Notes: generated from the letters alone by a model not told the origin. 64,000 nt of DNA from Alphaproteobacteria bacterium (GCA_965200265.1 OZ241357.1:1731003-1795002), one strand, 5' to 3'; positions 31,557-42,014 are shown, counted from the stretch's first letter. Translations and numbers: made by a program.

Positions 31557-33008
31557 TCACGAACCTTCCCGAGTCCGCCAGCCGCCGCCGGCCCGCGCCC
31601 AGTCCTCGATTCTCGTCGGCAGGAACAGTCCGAGCCCGTATCCGATGCCCGCGCCGAGCAGGACCGGCCCCGCCACCGGCTCCTTCCATCGAATGGACAT
31701 GTGCTGACACGGATAGCCCGCCAGGTGACGGGGCCGGTCGTACCGGGACGGCATGTCGCTCCCGCGCAACCGGCCGGCGGGCTCCATGGTCGCGCTTTCC
31801 AGCATCGCCTCGGGGATACCCGCGCGCCGCAACAGCCGCCGCACCGAGCGTTCCGGCCGCGGCCGGCCGCGCCGGTGGTCGCGCCCCCACAGCACGACCG
31901 GCGTCGCCGTCGTCCATGCCTGCGCCTCTCCGTAATATCGGGCGAGTATCCGGTCGGCGCCCGCGATCGGCGTCAGCATCCCGGCTGGCTCCGTCTGCCC
32001 TTCGGGGATCAGTTCCGCTCCGATCAAGCGGTGCAGCACGCCGAGCCAGTCGTCCTCCTCGACGCTCTCCGGCGCCGTCAGCATGACCCTCCTGATGCGG
32101 CCGTCGGCGTGTTCGTGCCCGACGTTGGGCAGGGGATGGACCCGTATTCTCCGTTCGCCCCCGTGTCCCATCAATTCGGAGATCGTCCTCTCCGCCAGAC
32201 CCGCGCGCCGCGCCGCGCCGCCGATCGCGTGACGCGCCATGGCCGCGACCGCCATCGCCCGCGTTCCCTCGAACGAGAGCGGCCGCTCGTCCATGTCCTT
32301 CAACGCGAACGCCTCGCACCGGATCGGCGGCAGGTCCTGTTCCGACATGTAGCCCTCCTGCCGATGGTCCGGCTCCGGCACCCCGGCCACCCCCCCGTCC
32401 GGCCCGATACGGCCGCGGAATCGGCAGTATCGCTTTTCGAGAACGTCGAACGCCCCCGGGTAGGGGACGTTCAGCCGACGTTGCCCCGTCGGCGACTGCG
32501 TGTACGCGACCCCCGGCGGACGCGCCGGCCGGTCCGCGAGTTCGAGGCGCGCGACGGCGGAGTCGATTCCGTGCCCGACCGCCGAAACCGACTCGACGAT
32601 CTCCTTCAACGCCCCGAGATGGCGTTCCGTCTCCGTGTCGGCGTCCCACTGGTAGGTCACCGCGCCATCGAGGCTGCGCGGACGCCGGACCCGGGGCGTC
32701 GTCGCTTCTCGGGCTTTCTTGAAAGCGTCCGCGCGCTTGCCTTTGGCGAAGAGATCAAGCATCCGGTCGCCGTCATTGTTCGGAACGAACGACCTCACCG
32801 GCGCTCGGTCCTCGGCTTCCGGCGCATGGATCGTCGGCGGGTCGAGCCTTTCGAGATGCCGCATGGCCGCTTCCAATGCCCGGTCGCCGCGCCGATGCAC
32901 GGCGTACCCCGCGATCATCGCCTGATAGAGCCGGAGCGGCGAAGGCGGCCACTCGGCGCCGTGATAGGTACGGTCGAGCCAGTCGACGGTCACGCGAAGC
33001 GTCGGCAT
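31557..33008 (-). CDS. csb2: Type I-G/I-U Cas5-Cas6 fusion (Csb2 / GSU0054 family)
   Basis: 484 aa starting MPTLRVTVDWLDRTYHGAEWPPSPLRLYQAMIAGY..., the Csb2 N-terminal signature (EWPPSP). RBS GGAGAAGAAAGGG. The first 203 codons of track ORF 31557..33617 are out-of-frame junk. Confidence 0.65.
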   Translation of the reverse strand: MPTLRVTVDWLDRTYHGAEWPPSPLRLYQAMIAGYAVHRRGDRALEAAMRHLERLDPPTIHAPEAEDRAPVRSFVPNNDGDRMLDLFAKGKRADAFKKAREATTPRVRRPRSLDGAVTYQWDADTETERHLGALKEIVESVSAVGHGIDSAVARLELADRPARPPGVAYTQSPTGQRRLNVPYPGAFDVLEKRYCRFRGRIGPDGGVAGVPEPDHRQEGYMSEQDLPPIRCEAFALKDMDERPLSFEGTRAMAVAAMARHAIGGAARRAGLAERTISELMGHGGERRIRVHPLPNVGHEHADGRIRRVMLTAPESVEEDDWLGVLHRLIGAELIPEGQTEPAGMLTPIAGADRILARYYGEAQAWTTATPVVLWGRDHRRGRPRPERSVRRLLRRAGIPEAMLESATMEPAGRLRGSDMPSRYDRPRHLAGYPCQHMSIRWKEPVAGPVLLGAGIGYGLGLFLPTRIEDWARAGGGWRTREGS

Positions 33009-33013
33009 CGGCC

Positions 33014-34152
33014 CTACCCTTTCTTCTCCTCGAACATCGCCATCGCCTTGGCAATCTTGAACTCGTGATCCTTCGGTTCGCCGCCGAGTGCAACGCCGGC
33101 CGTTTCGGACCACTTCTTCGCAATCTCGTCGACCTCTTCGAGAACGGCGCTCTCGTCGACCTCGATCGACCGCCGCTCGCCGCCCCTGGTGACCGCCCGC
33201 CATTCGGCCGGCGCGGCGGGCACGAGGGAACATCCCGACCGGAGATCGTAGTCCCCGCCGCCGACCAGCAGCCCGCCCAACGCCAAGCCGAGCAGGTAGT
33301 TCGGCAGAACGTCGCTCCCGTCGTCGGTCCGGTATTTCCTGATGGCGTTCAGCAGAATCGAGGCCGAGTGGACGATCTCGCCATGCGCCAGGATTCCTCC
33401 GCGTGCGCCGTCGTCGTCCGTCGCCGGCGTCGGAGCTAAGCCGACCCCCGCGGCGCCACCTTTCTTCCTGCTCCAGATCTTTTCGTCTATGCCGAGTTCC
33501 TCCCGCTTGAAAGCTCCCGAGTATTGGGCCGACCGCGTGAAGACCGAGACGTCGTGGGCGCGGATCTCCGATCGAACGACCCGGGGAATCTTCACCTGCG
33601 TGTCGCGGGAGTCCCACGCTCCGTAGACCAACGACGTGGGAGCGGCTTTGGCGAGAGGCACCGGTTTTCCCCTCTCAAAGTCCCGCATCCACTCGCGAAT
33701 GTCGTCGGCGAGGTCCGTGGCGCGTATCGAGGCATCGACGATGCGATGGGGCAGTTTCGTCAGTTCGACTCGGTGATCGCCTGCCTGTACCGCGTGTTGC
33801 GGAACGACGCCGGCGAGCCCGTCCGTGAACGCCGCTTCCATCCGGTTGGCCTGCGACTGGTCCGGGGTCGTCGGGGCCGGGCGGCGGCGGGTGAACGCCG
33901 CTTCCATACGGTTGGCCTGCGACTGGACCGAGTCGAGATCGCAGACGAGCACGCCATCCTTCGTTTCGTTGACGGTGTAGGGCGTATCGTGACGGTGTAT
34001 CCCCGTCTTCTCCGGAGCAGGATAGGTCGGTGGGAAGATCGGCACGCCGGGGCCGTCTATCGATTCCAGCTTCCGCTTGAACGTCAAGGCGACGACCTCC
34101 CGGTCGGCCACAAGACTCTCGATCAGCTTCCCGTTCCCGGTCGCTTTCGACA
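33014..34152 (-). CDS. cas7: Type I-G/I-U Cas7 (Csb1 / GSU0053 family)
   Basis: 379 aa from MSKATGNGKLIESLVADREVVALTFKRKLESIDGPGVPIFPPTYP..., RBS AAGGAGAA. Contains an in-frame 66-bp tandem duplication (QSQANRMEAAFT x2). Confidence 0.65.
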
Positions 34153-34193
34153 TGGAAAAGTTCTCCTTGTTCGGTGAATCCGCGAAAACGACC

Positions 34194-34973
34194 TTATGCC
34201 GAATCCGCGCGGCGGAGCACCGTGTTTTCCCCCGACTTCCCGGTTTTCGAGACGAACAACCCATCCGTCGAGTAGACGCCTGGTCCGTGATCGCCGAACG
34301 CGGCAATCGCAACCGCCATGGACGACGGGCGCCACAGGCGGTAACGGAATCCGCCCTCCCTGCTTCCCTGAACGGGAAAAGCCTGGAGGCCGACCGAGGC
34401 GAGAAGTCCCACCCAAGGCCGGCACGACATCTTGATCCCATGCTCGTTGAGGCTGAAACCCATTTCCAGGGCGTTCCAAGTGCAGTCCGTATCGACGTTG
34501 AAGATGGCTCTGCGTTCGGGCTTTCCCTTGACGTCAGGTGGCGCCCTGTGGATCGTCCAATCGGACGGATTCGAATCCCCGACGGCACTGAACAGGTTCT
34601 CGTGAACCGTCAACGCGGATTGATTCCCCGCCCATATCCTGAGCTCCGGGTTCAATCCCCAAGCCTTCAATTTCTCGTCGCCCTTCTTCCTCTTACCCTC
34701 CCGGCTCGGGTCCGTCTTCTTGAGGACTTCCCCACCGTCCATCCACCAATCGAGTTCGACGCCGGCGAAACGAAGGCCGTCCGCCGTCTCTTCGGGCGAC
34801 GCCTTCGCCAGGCGCTCGAACGGCGCCGAGAGATCCGGCGCGACGAAGCGGCGCCGGTGGCCGTCCCGCTCGAAACCGGTTTCCGCCGCCCGGTCCTCGC
34901 GCCACGCGAGATGCGCCAGCCCGGCGCAGGCGAAGACCTCTCCGGGATTGCGGGGATCGATGACCCACTCCAT
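34194..34973 (-). CDS. csb3: Csb3-like small type I-G/I-U cascade subunit (Cas8u-equivalent position)
   Basis: 260 aa, MEWVIDPRNPGEVFACAGLAHLAW..., lying between cas3 and cas7 as in Csb-variant I-U loci. The assignment rests on position and recalled family features only. Confidence 0.45.
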   Translation of the reverse strand: MEWVIDPRNPGEVFACAGLAHLAWREDRAAETGFERDGHRRRFVAPDLSAPFERLAKASPEETADGLRFAGVELDWWMDGGEVLKKTDPSREGKRKKGDEKLKAWGLNPELRIWAGNQSALTVHENLFSAVGDSNPSDWTIHRAPPDVKGKPERRAIFNVDTDCTWNALEMGFSLNEHGIKMSCRPWVGLLASVGLQAFPVQGSREGGFRYRLWRPSSMAVAIAAFGDHGPGVYSTDGLFVSKTGKSGENTVLRRADSA

Positions 34974-34980
34974 CGCGCCC

Positions 34981-37605
34981 TCACGCCTCGCCGCGGCTCG
35001 GCGCGCGCGACGCATGGGCGTCCGCCGCCTTCAGAAGGGCCTCCAGCCATGCGAGACGCCACGGCCCGTACTTCGCCTGGAGGCGCACGAAGCGATTCGC
35101 GGCTTCGACGGCGAGTTTCCGGTTCAACTCGACCGGAACGTCCGGGTCCCACTGCCGGGGATGGGGGAAGCCGGGCCGCGCCCAGCCGTGGTGCGCGGCG
35201 ATCAGGTGCAGAGCAAGGTCGCGATTCGGCGCGTCCACCGGAATCTCCCGTTCCGCTTCGACGAGGGAGCCGAACTCGTGGCGGTAGCCGCCGAGCATCC
35301 ACGAGCGCAGCCGCCCCTTCGTCGATTTCGCGAGAGGCGGCCCGTCCGCCGGCGCGCCGGCCGCCCGCTGCCACACATGCCTCGCCTTTCCCCGGTCGTG
35401 CCAGCAGCCGGCGGCCTCCAGCGCCGCGGTCTCGGCATCGGTGAGCGAAAGCGCCGCGCCGATCCGGCGCGCCGCGTCGCCGACCAGCGCGCAATGTTCG
35501 TCGACGGTCTGGGTCGAGGCGCCGAGCCAGGTCGTCTCGCCTTCGCCCGCCTGGAGCGTGGGGTCGGGGCGGCGAAGCGCATAGACCAGAAAGCGCTCCC
35601 CGGCGTCGTCTTCGCCCTCGTCAGGCAACGGGATGCGGAGTTCGACGGCCTTCTTCAGCCAGTCGGGACGCGGCGCCGCGCTTTCGTCTTCCGCTTCTTC
35701 CGCCTCCTCCCCGTCTTCCCTTTCCTCCCCGCCGGGAGCCGGCTCCCTGTAACGGTATCGATCGTCGCCGTCGCCGACGTCGGAAACCTCGCCCTTCGCG
35801 GTACTTGAAGGAAGGCCGGAAGGCTCCAGACCGCCCGCCGTCGCCGGCAGAACGACGGTCGCGTAGCCGAGCGGGGGGATTTCGGCCTCGCTTTTCACGG
35901 CCTTCGTCAGCACGTCGCCGCCGGGCTCGATCACGATCAGAGGCAGTCCATCGTCATCTCTCCATCTCCGCACCGCCGCCTTGATCACGTTTCGCGCCTC
36001 CGACGCCGGCACGCGCGCGACCTCGTCGGCGCTCGGGCGGAAGAAGGCGAGCACCTCCCCGGCGACGCCCTCGCCAAGCCGCACCAGACCGGCGACCTCC
36101 CGCTCCCGGCGCCACAGGAGAAAGCTCTCGGGCGTCTCCGGGTCCTCCGACACGCCGCGCAGGTAGACGGAAACGGGCGGAAGCCGGAGCGCCGCCGACG
36201 TCGCCGCAAACGCCTCGACGACCTCCGCGTGAAGCCGCGCCGGCCGGGACGACGGCGCGGAGCACGTTTCGAGGGCCGATTTGTCGATGCCCTTCAGAGT
36301 CGCGGGGGAAAGGTCGGGAAGGCCCCGGAGCACCTCGAGCGTCTTCGCGCGGGCCGCGTCGAGCTTTTTGCCACGTGTCGTCGGCGGCTTGCCGTCGTCC
36401 GGTGTCTCCTCTTCCTTCCTCGTGTGGACGACCGCGACTTCCGCCTCGACGCGCCCCGACCGGTTCACCCGGCCGACGCGCTGAATCATGGAGTCGAGGG
36501 TGGCGAGGTCCATGACGGCATGATCGGCGTCGAGATCGACTCCGACTTCGCCGGCGGACGTCATCACGAGGTAGACCGCAGGAGCGCCGGCATCGCGGTC
36601 GCGGTCGCGGTCCGGGCGGAAGCGCCGCCACACCGCACCCGCCGCCAGCCCGGCGCGCTCCTTTCCGCGGAGCGTACCCGTCAGCAGGGCGACACGCTCC
36701 GCGCCGCCGGCGCCCAGCTTCTTCGTCAGCTTGTCCGCGATCTTCCCGGCGGCCTCGACGGTTCCGACGAATACGGCGACGGAACCAGCCTGGTGGGCGG
36801 CGGCCAGTTCGCAGATACGGTCGATACGATTGCGGTCGGCGGGCTTCTCGACCGGATGGAATTGCGGCGTCTTGACCGCGCGCAGGCGGCGGCGGACCTC
36901 GGGGTTCTCTTCGTCCTTCGCGGAGAGGGAAAACACCGCCGACGCCTTCGCGCCGGTCGCCGAAAGCGTCATGGTTCGGAACTTCGGGTGGCCCTGTATC
37001 CCCTCGACGGCACGGAGGAAGGCGTCCATCGCCGGCGACAGATGCGCCTCGTCGAGCATGACGATGCTGTCGTGGCCCAGCAGGCCGGCGTGCATCGGCC
37101 GGCGCGACCGCCCGTCTCCGTAACCGGAGAACAGGACGCGGGAGCCGATCATGTCGACGGTGCCGACGACGACCGCCGGCCTGGCGGGATCGACCCGCCA
37201 CTCCCCGTCGTCGGCCATGCCGCCGCGCAGGACGCCGAGTTGGACGGGGCGGTCGGGCGAGAGCCGCGCGAACGCCGAACACCGGTCGAATGCGTCGGCG
37301 AGCGCAGGCAGCTCGACGATGCGCTCGATCCACGCCCGGATCGCCTCGGCCGTCTGATCGACGATGGCGCGCCTGTCGACCACGTAGACGACCCGCGCCG
37401 GGAGCGCCGGGTTCCGGACCCGCGCGAGCAGGAAGAGCAGGACGCAGAGGGTCTTGCCGAGCCCGGTCGGGACGTCCACGGCTTCGGGGACGTCCCCTTC
37501 GACGAACTTCCCGTACATGCGCCGCTGCCAGGGATAGGGATCGGACCCGACGATCTCCCGGAACCAGGGGACGGCGATTTCAGCGCCGCGCCGCGCGTCG
37601 GTCAC
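34981..37605 (-). CDS. cas3: Cas3 helicase-nuclease with C-terminal HD domain (type I-G/I-U architecture)
   Basis: N-terminal DEAD/DEAH helicase (VPTGLGKTL Walker A, MLDEAH). C-terminal HD nuclease motifs (CWHDRGK, HLIAAHHGW). GTG start at 37605 with RBS GGAGGG. Confidence 0.85.
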   Translation of the reverse strand: MTDARRGAEIAVPWFREIVGSDPYPWQRRMYGKFVEGDVPEAVDVPTGLGKTLCVLLFLLARVRNPALPARVVYVVDRRAIVDQTAEAIRAWIERIVELPALADAFDRCSAFARLSPDRPVQLGVLRGGMADDGEWRVDPARPAVVVGTVDMIGSRVLFSGYGDGRSRRPMHAGLLGHDSIVMLDEAHLSPAMDAFLRAVEGIQGHPKFRTMTLSATGAKASAVFSLSAKDEENPEVRRRLRAVKTPQFHPVEKPADRNRIDRICELAAAHQAGSVAVFVGTVEAAGKIADKLTKKLGAGGAERVALLTGTLRGKERAGLAAGAVWRRFRPDRDRDRDAGAPAVYLVMTSAGEVGVDLDADHAVMDLATLDSMIQRVGRVNRSGRVEAEVAVVHTRKEEETPDDGKPPTTRGKKLDAARAKTLEVLRGLPDLSPATLKGIDKSALETCSAPSSRPARLHAEVVEAFAATSAALRLPPVSVYLRGVSEDPETPESFLLWRREREVAGLVRLGEGVAGEVLAFFRPSADEVARVPASEARNVIKAAVRRWRDDDGLPLIVIEPGGDVLTKAVKSEAEIPPLGYATVVLPATAGGLEPSGLPSSTAKGEVSDVGDGDDRYRYREPAPGGEEREDGEEAEEAEDESAAPRPDWLKKAVELRIPLPDEGEDDAGERFLVYALRRPDPTLQAGEGETTWLGASTQTVDEHCALVGDAARRIGAALSLTDAETAALEAAGCWHDRGKARHVWQRAAGAPADGPPLAKSTKGRLRSWMLGGYRHEFGSLVEAEREIPVDAPNRDLALHLIAAHHGWARPGFPHPRQWDPDVPVELNRKLAVEAANRFVRLQAKYGPWRLAWLEALLKAADAHASRAPSRGEA

Positions 37606-37642
37606 GATGGCTCGCCCTCCCGGCGCGGAACACGAAAGGGAT

Positions 37643-38185
37643 TCAGCGGCCGGACCGGTTGTATTCGAGTTGCTCCGGCGTGAGCTGGAAACCGATCAGG
37701 ACCTGATGACGCCGGCCCGCGTCCGGCCCCGAAACCGGGATCCGCTGGGTCACGACCTCCTCGACCGCGACCCTTCGGCTTCCCGCCGGGAACCCGGCGC
37801 GGCTCTCGAACGTCTCCTTGGCGATCACCCGCCCCTCCGGGTCCACGACGGCGGCGAAAAACTCGACGGACGCCGCGTCGACGTCCGCCTCGGGACCTCG
37901 CGTCGAGACGATCTCGAAGGCCGTCTCCACCTCCACCGACCCGCCGCCGTAGTCGCAGGTCGACCGCAAGTTCGAGATGTCGGCCGCGACGGCGACGTCG
38001 GCGACGCCGCGGCCCGGACCGGGCTTGAACAGGACCAGGCGTTCACCATCGGCCAGAACGGCGACGTCCGGGCACGACGACGAGGCGCCCGGATCGCGAG
38101 AGCCGCACGCGCCCGACGCGAGAAGGACGGCCAGCGCCAGCGCCCCGACGCCAGCCTTGCCGCCGGCCTTGCGCGACGGCGTCAT
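37643..38185 (-). CDS. Predicted lipoprotein of unknown function
   Basis: [29 protein letters not shown] is a lipobox (LASGAC). No recognisable domain. Confidence 0.5.
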   Translation of the reverse strand: MTPSRKAGGKAGVGALALAVLLASGACGSRDPGASSSCPDVAVLADGERLVLFKPGPGRGVADVAVAADISNLRSTCDYGGGSVEVETAFEIVSTRGPEADVDAASVEFFAAVVDPEGRVIAKETFESRAGFPAGSRRVAVEEVVTQRIPVSGPDAGRRHQVLIGFQLTPEQLEYNRSGR

Positions 38186-38225
38186 CGCCTCCCGGCCCTC
38201 GCCGGCGCGCCCGTCACGGGGACCG

Positions 38226-38465
38226 TCACAGGGAATTGTGGGTTCCATCGCAGTACGGTTCGTTCCCCGTCCGCTTGCAGCCGCAGAAGAAGACGGTCTT
38301 GCTCTCCCCGGCCTCCAGGATCACCGGGGTGAACTCCGTCGTGCTGTGCGATCCGTCGCAGTACGGCTGCCTGCCGCTCAGACCGCAGCGGCACCACGCA
38401 TACCGCTTCCCCTGCTCTATCTCCTCGGCGTAGGGAGCCTTTTGCGCGACAACGGGTTCCGACAT
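38226..38465 (-). CDS. CDGSH iron-sulfur domain protein (two CDGSH motifs)
   Basis: [17 protein letters not shown] and [17 protein letters not shown]. Confidence 0.8.
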   Translation of the reverse strand: MSEPVVAQKAPYAEEIEQGKRYAWCRCGLSGRQPYCDGSHSTTEFTPVILEAGESKTVFFCGCKRTGNEPYCDGTHNSL

Positions 38466-38648
38466 GCCTTCACCGCCCTTCCGTCCCGGTTGCGTTCGCG
38501 GTCCGCGGCGTCCCCGGGGACGTCGACGGCGCCGTTCCGCCTATCTAATACCGATGGTCCGGCGCGGAGTCGAGCCGTATATGGCCCGGGCCGCCGCACG
38601 TCTCGTCAGGCCGGCGGCCTTCGGTTAGACTCCGCTGCGATTCTCGAC

Positions 38649-39593
38649 ATGAACAAGCCGTCCCTCCGAATCCTGCTGGCCAGTCCCCGCGGCTTCTGCG
38701 CCGGGGTCGACCGGGCGATCCTGATCGTGGAAAAGGCGCTGGAGGTCCACGGCGCGCCGGTGTACGTGCGCCACGAGATCGTCCACAACCGGACGGTCGT
38801 GGAAGGCCTGGAGGCGCGCGGCGTGGTGTTCGTGGACGAGCTCGACGAGGTCCCGGAGGAGGCGGTCGTCGTCTTCTCCGCCCACGGCGTGCCCAAATCG
38901 GTCCCGGAGGAGGCCCGCCGCCGGGGGCTGACCTTTCACGACGCCACCTGCCCCCTGGTCGGCAAGGTCCACGCCGAGGCCAGGCGCCATCACGCCGCCG
39001 GGCGCCGGATCATCCTCGTCGGCCACGCCGGCCACCCGGAAGTCGTCGGCGCCATGGGGCAGCTTCCCGACGGCGCCGTCCTCCTGGTCGAGACGGTGGC
39101 GGACGCCGAGGCCGTCGACGTGGGGGATGCCGGCGGCCTGGCCTTCGTCACGCAGACGACGCTGTCGGTCGACGAAACGGCGGACATCGTGGCCGCCCTC
39201 CGCCGGCGTTTCCCCGACATCGCCGGGCCGCGGTCCGAGGACATCTGCTACGCCACGACGAACCGCCAGACGGCGGTCAAGCGGATCGCCGGATCCTGCG
39301 ACGCCTTCCTGGTGGTCGGCGCGCCCAACTCCTCCAACTCCCTGCGCCTGAAGGAGACCGCCCGCCGCCACGGCTGCGCGCGCGCGGCGCTCATCCAGCG
39401 GGCCGGCGACATCGACTGGAGCATGTTCGACGGCGTGCGGACGCTCGGCGTCACCGCCGGCGCGTCGGCGCCGGAGCTTCTCGTCACCGAGGTGATCGAG
39501 GCCTGCCGGCGGCGCTACGAGGTCTCGATCCACGAGGCGCCGGTCGCGCGCGAGGACGTCAGCTTCAAGCTCCCGCGCGCCCTCGACGTCTGA
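38649..39593 (+). CDS. ispH: 4-hydroxy-3-methylbut-2-enyl diphosphate reductase
   Basis: [24 protein letters not shown]..., ...HDATCPLV..., ...YATTNRQ (conserved Cys ligands). Confidence 0.95.
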   Translation: MNKPSLRILLASPRGFCAGVDRAILIVEKALEVHGAPVYVRHEIVHNRTVVEGLEARGVVFVDELDEVPEEAVVVFSAHGVPKSVPEEARRRGLTFHDATCPLVGKVHAEARRHHAAGRRIILVGHAGHPEVVGAMGQLPDGAVLLVETVADAEAVDVGDAGGLAFVTQTTLSVDETADIVAALRRRFPDIAGPRSEDICYATTNRQTAVKRIAGSCDAFLVVGAPNSSNSLRLKETARRHGCARAALIQRAGDIDWSMFDGVRTLGVTAGASAPELLVTEVIEACRRRYEVSIHEAPVAREDVSFKLPRALDV

Positions 39594-39610
39594 TCCGCCG
39601 CTCCGCGCTC

Positions 39611-40573
39611 ATGGCCGTCTACACCGAAGTCAGCGACGACGACCTCGAACGGTTCGTCGCCGGGTACGACATCGGGAAGGTCACCGCGTTCAAGGGGATC
39701 GCGGAAGGCGTCGAGAACTCCAACTACCTGCTGCAGACGGAGTCGGGGACGTACATCCTCACCGTCTACGAGAAGCGGGTGAGGCGCGAGGACCTCCCGT
39801 TCTTCCTGGCGCTGATGGACCATCTGGCGGCGGCCGGCATCCCCTGTCCGACGCCGATCCACGGACGGGACGGCGACGCCCTGCGCACGCTCTCGGGCAA
39901 GCCGGCCGCGGTCGTGAGCTTTCTCGACGGCGTGTGGCCCAAGGGGCGGTCGCCCAGGCACTGCGCCGGGCTCGGCGAGGCGGTCGCCCGTATGCATATG
40001 GCCGGCGCCGAGTTCCCGATGCGGCGGGAAAACGACCTGCGCGTCGAGGCGTGGCGCCCCTTGTTCGAGTCCTGCCGCGCCGGGGCGGACGACGTCATGC
40101 CCGGACTGGCGGCCGGGATCTCGCGGGAGCTCGACCATCTCGAACGGTCGTGGCCGGAGGCGCTGCCGGAAGGCGTGATCCACGCGGACCTGTTTCCGGA
40201 CAACGTGTTCTTTCTCGGCGGCGAGCTCACGGGAATCATCGACTTCTACTTCGCCTGCAACGACTGGTTCGCCTACGAGATCGCGATCTGCCTCAACGCC
40301 TGGTGCTTCGAACCCGATCATCAGTTCAACGTCACCAAGGCGAGGAGCCTGCTGTCGGCGTACCGGCGCGTGCGGCCGTTTTCGGACAAGGAGCTCGCGG
40401 CGCTTCCCCTGCTGGCCCGCGGCGCCGCCATGCGCTTTCTGCTGACCCGGCTGTACGACTGGCTCAACCGGGTCGACGGCGCCCTGGTGAGGCCGAAGGA
40501 TCCGGTCGAATACGCCGCCAAGCTGAAGTTCCACCAGGGGGTGACCGGGCCGGGCGCCTACGGGCTGGATTGA
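39611..40573 (+). CDS. thrB: Homoserine kinase, type II (APH-fold ThrB)
   Basis: MAVYTEVSDDDLERFVAGYDIGKV...ENSNYLLQT..., VIHADLFPDNVFF (Brenner motif), in the conserved ispH-thrB-rnhA context. Confidence 0.85.
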   Translation: MAVYTEVSDDDLERFVAGYDIGKVTAFKGIAEGVENSNYLLQTESGTYILTVYEKRVRREDLPFFLALMDHLAAAGIPCPTPIHGRDGDALRTLSGKPAAVVSFLDGVWPKGRSPRHCAGLGEAVARMHMAGAEFPMRRENDLRVEAWRPLFESCRAGADDVMPGLAAGISRELDHLERSWPEALPEGVIHADLFPDNVFFLGGELTGIIDFYFACNDWFAYEIAICLNAWCFEPDHQFNVTKARSLLSAYRRVRPFSDKELAALPLLARGAAMRFLLTRLYDWLNRVDGALVRPKDPVEYAAKLKFHQGVTGPGAYGLD

Positions 40574-40579
40574 TCGTCC

Positions 40580-41020
40580 GTGTCCGCCGATTTCGTCGAC
40601 ATCTACACCGACGGCGCCTGCTCGGGGAATCCCGGACCGGGGGGCTGGGGGGCGCTCCTCGTCTGGCGCGGGCGCGAGCGGGAGCTCTGCGGCGGCGAAC
40701 GCGACACCACCAACAACCGCATGGAGTTGACGGCCGCCATCCGGGCCCTCGAGGCGCTCGACCGGCCGAGCCGGGTGCGGCTGCACACCGACAGCGTCTA
40801 CCTGCGCGACGGGATCACCCGGTGGATCCGGCGCTGGAAGGCGAACGGCTGGAGGACGGCGTCCAGGAAACCGGTGAAGAACGTCGACCTGTGGCGGCGC
40901 CTCGATGCGGCCGCCGCGGGCCACGACCTCCGGTGGCGCTGGATCAAGGGACATTCCGGCCACCCGGGCAACGAACGCGCCGACCGGCTGGCCCGCGACG
41001 GCATGGCGCGCGACGGTTGA
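40580..41020 (+). CDS. rnhA: Ribonuclease HI
   Basis: [21 protein letters not shown]..., [34 protein letters not shown] (DEDD catalytic residues). Confidence 0.9.
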   Translation: MSADFVDIYTDGACSGNPGPGGWGALLVWRGRERELCGGERDTTNNRMELTAAIRALEALDRPSRVRLHTDSVYLRDGITRWIRRWKANGWRTASRKPVKNVDLWRRLDAAAAGHDLRWRWIKGHSGHPGNERADRLARDGMARDG

Positions 41021-41123
41021 CCAAGCCGCGACATGCCACCACAAAGGCCCGAGGGCGCTCTCGACGAACAAGCGACACGACGACATGCAGCCGATTCCGC
41101 GAAGCCGACGGCGCGTCCACGCG

Positions 41124-42014
41124 ATGTCCGATCCATATCCAATAATGGAGGTGCGCCCGGAATGGGTCCTGCTGCCCGAGGAAATGGGGAGCAAGACGAA
41201 GCTCTGGTATTCGCCTCAAGAAGATCAGGAGGCCCATTGGCTTTTCAAACACCCCAGGGAAGGAACGGGCGAGCATTGGGCGGAGAAGATCGCGGCGGAG
41301 GTCGCCTCCATCCTCGGAATCGCGCACGCGAAGGTCGAGCTCGCGCGGTTTCAGGGAAACCGCGGGTCGGCGACGGAATCGTTCGTCAGTCCGGGGGAAA
41401 CGTTGGATCACGGCAATCAGGTGTTGGAGAGAGTCCTTCGGGACTACGATCCCGAGAAGACATTCCGTCAGTTCAGCCATACCCTGGAGAACATATGGCG
41501 GGCGATCGACGATGTTTTCGTCGAGCCGGCAGCCCGAGAATCCGCGAGGTTCCGTTTCGCGGAGTATCTGGTTCTGGATGCCCTGATCGGAAACACGGAC
41601 CGACACCACGAGAACTGGGGCATACTGCGCGGACGCGCCGACGACCGGGAGAGCCTCATGGCGCCCTCGTTCGATCACGCATCCTCGTTGGGGCGGGAGC
41701 TTTCGGATGAGCGCCGCGACAGGCTCTTGGCCGAGAGCCGCGTGGGGGACTACGCCGAGAGAGGACGTGGCGCGATCTACTGGTCGGCGAACGAGCCACA
41801 CGGCCCCAGCCCGCTGGAACTGGCGCGGCGCGCGTCTCGACGCCATCCGGAGCTCTTCCGTCCGGCATTGACGAAACTCGAAAGACTGGACGAAGGCGCA
41901 ATGAACGGCCTCGTGGATCGCGTGCCCGCCTGCTGGATGACCCCCTCAAGCCGCGAGTTCGCGGTCGCGTTGATGCGCTACAATCTCGAACAGCTGGAAG
42001 GGCTCGTCCGATGA
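41124..42014 (+). CDS. HipA-homologous Ser/Thr kinase, HipT-like (kinase core only, lacks the HipA N-subdomain-1)
   Basis: 296 aa. Gly-rich loop EEMGSKTK, catalytic loop LIGNTDRHHENWG (D/H/N), Mg-binding APSFDHASS (the HipA APxYD motif). Confidence 0.75.
   Translation: MSDPYPIMEVRPEWVLLPEEMGSKTKLWYSPQEDQEAHWLFKHPREGTGEHWAEKIAAEVASILGIAHAKVELARFQGNRGSATESFVSPGETLDHGNQVLERVLRDYDPEKTFRQFSHTLENIWRAIDDVFVEPAARESARFRFAEYLVLDALIGNTDRHHENWGILRGRADDRESLMAPSFDHASSLGRELSDERRDRLLAESRVGDYAERGRGAIYWSANEPHGPSPLELARRASRRHPELFRPALTKLERLDEGAMNGLVDRVPACWMTPSSREFAVALMRYNLEQLEGLVR

Noticed and set aside
31422-38648. Search for cas1, cas2 and cas4 near the array or cas3
   Set aside because: None found. The leader directly follows csb2, and upstream of cas3 are a lipoprotein, a CDGSH protein and ispH. 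Reported as absence, not as a feature.
41020-41124. Possible hipB-like HTH antitoxin ORF upstream of the HipA-like kinase
   Set aside because: Only 104 bp of non-coding sequence lie between rnhA and the kinase. No ORF with a start codon fits.
39515-41194. 559-aa minus-strand ORF across thrB and rnhA
   Set aside because: Antisense to two well-supported genes, with an Arg/Pro/Gly-rich composition.
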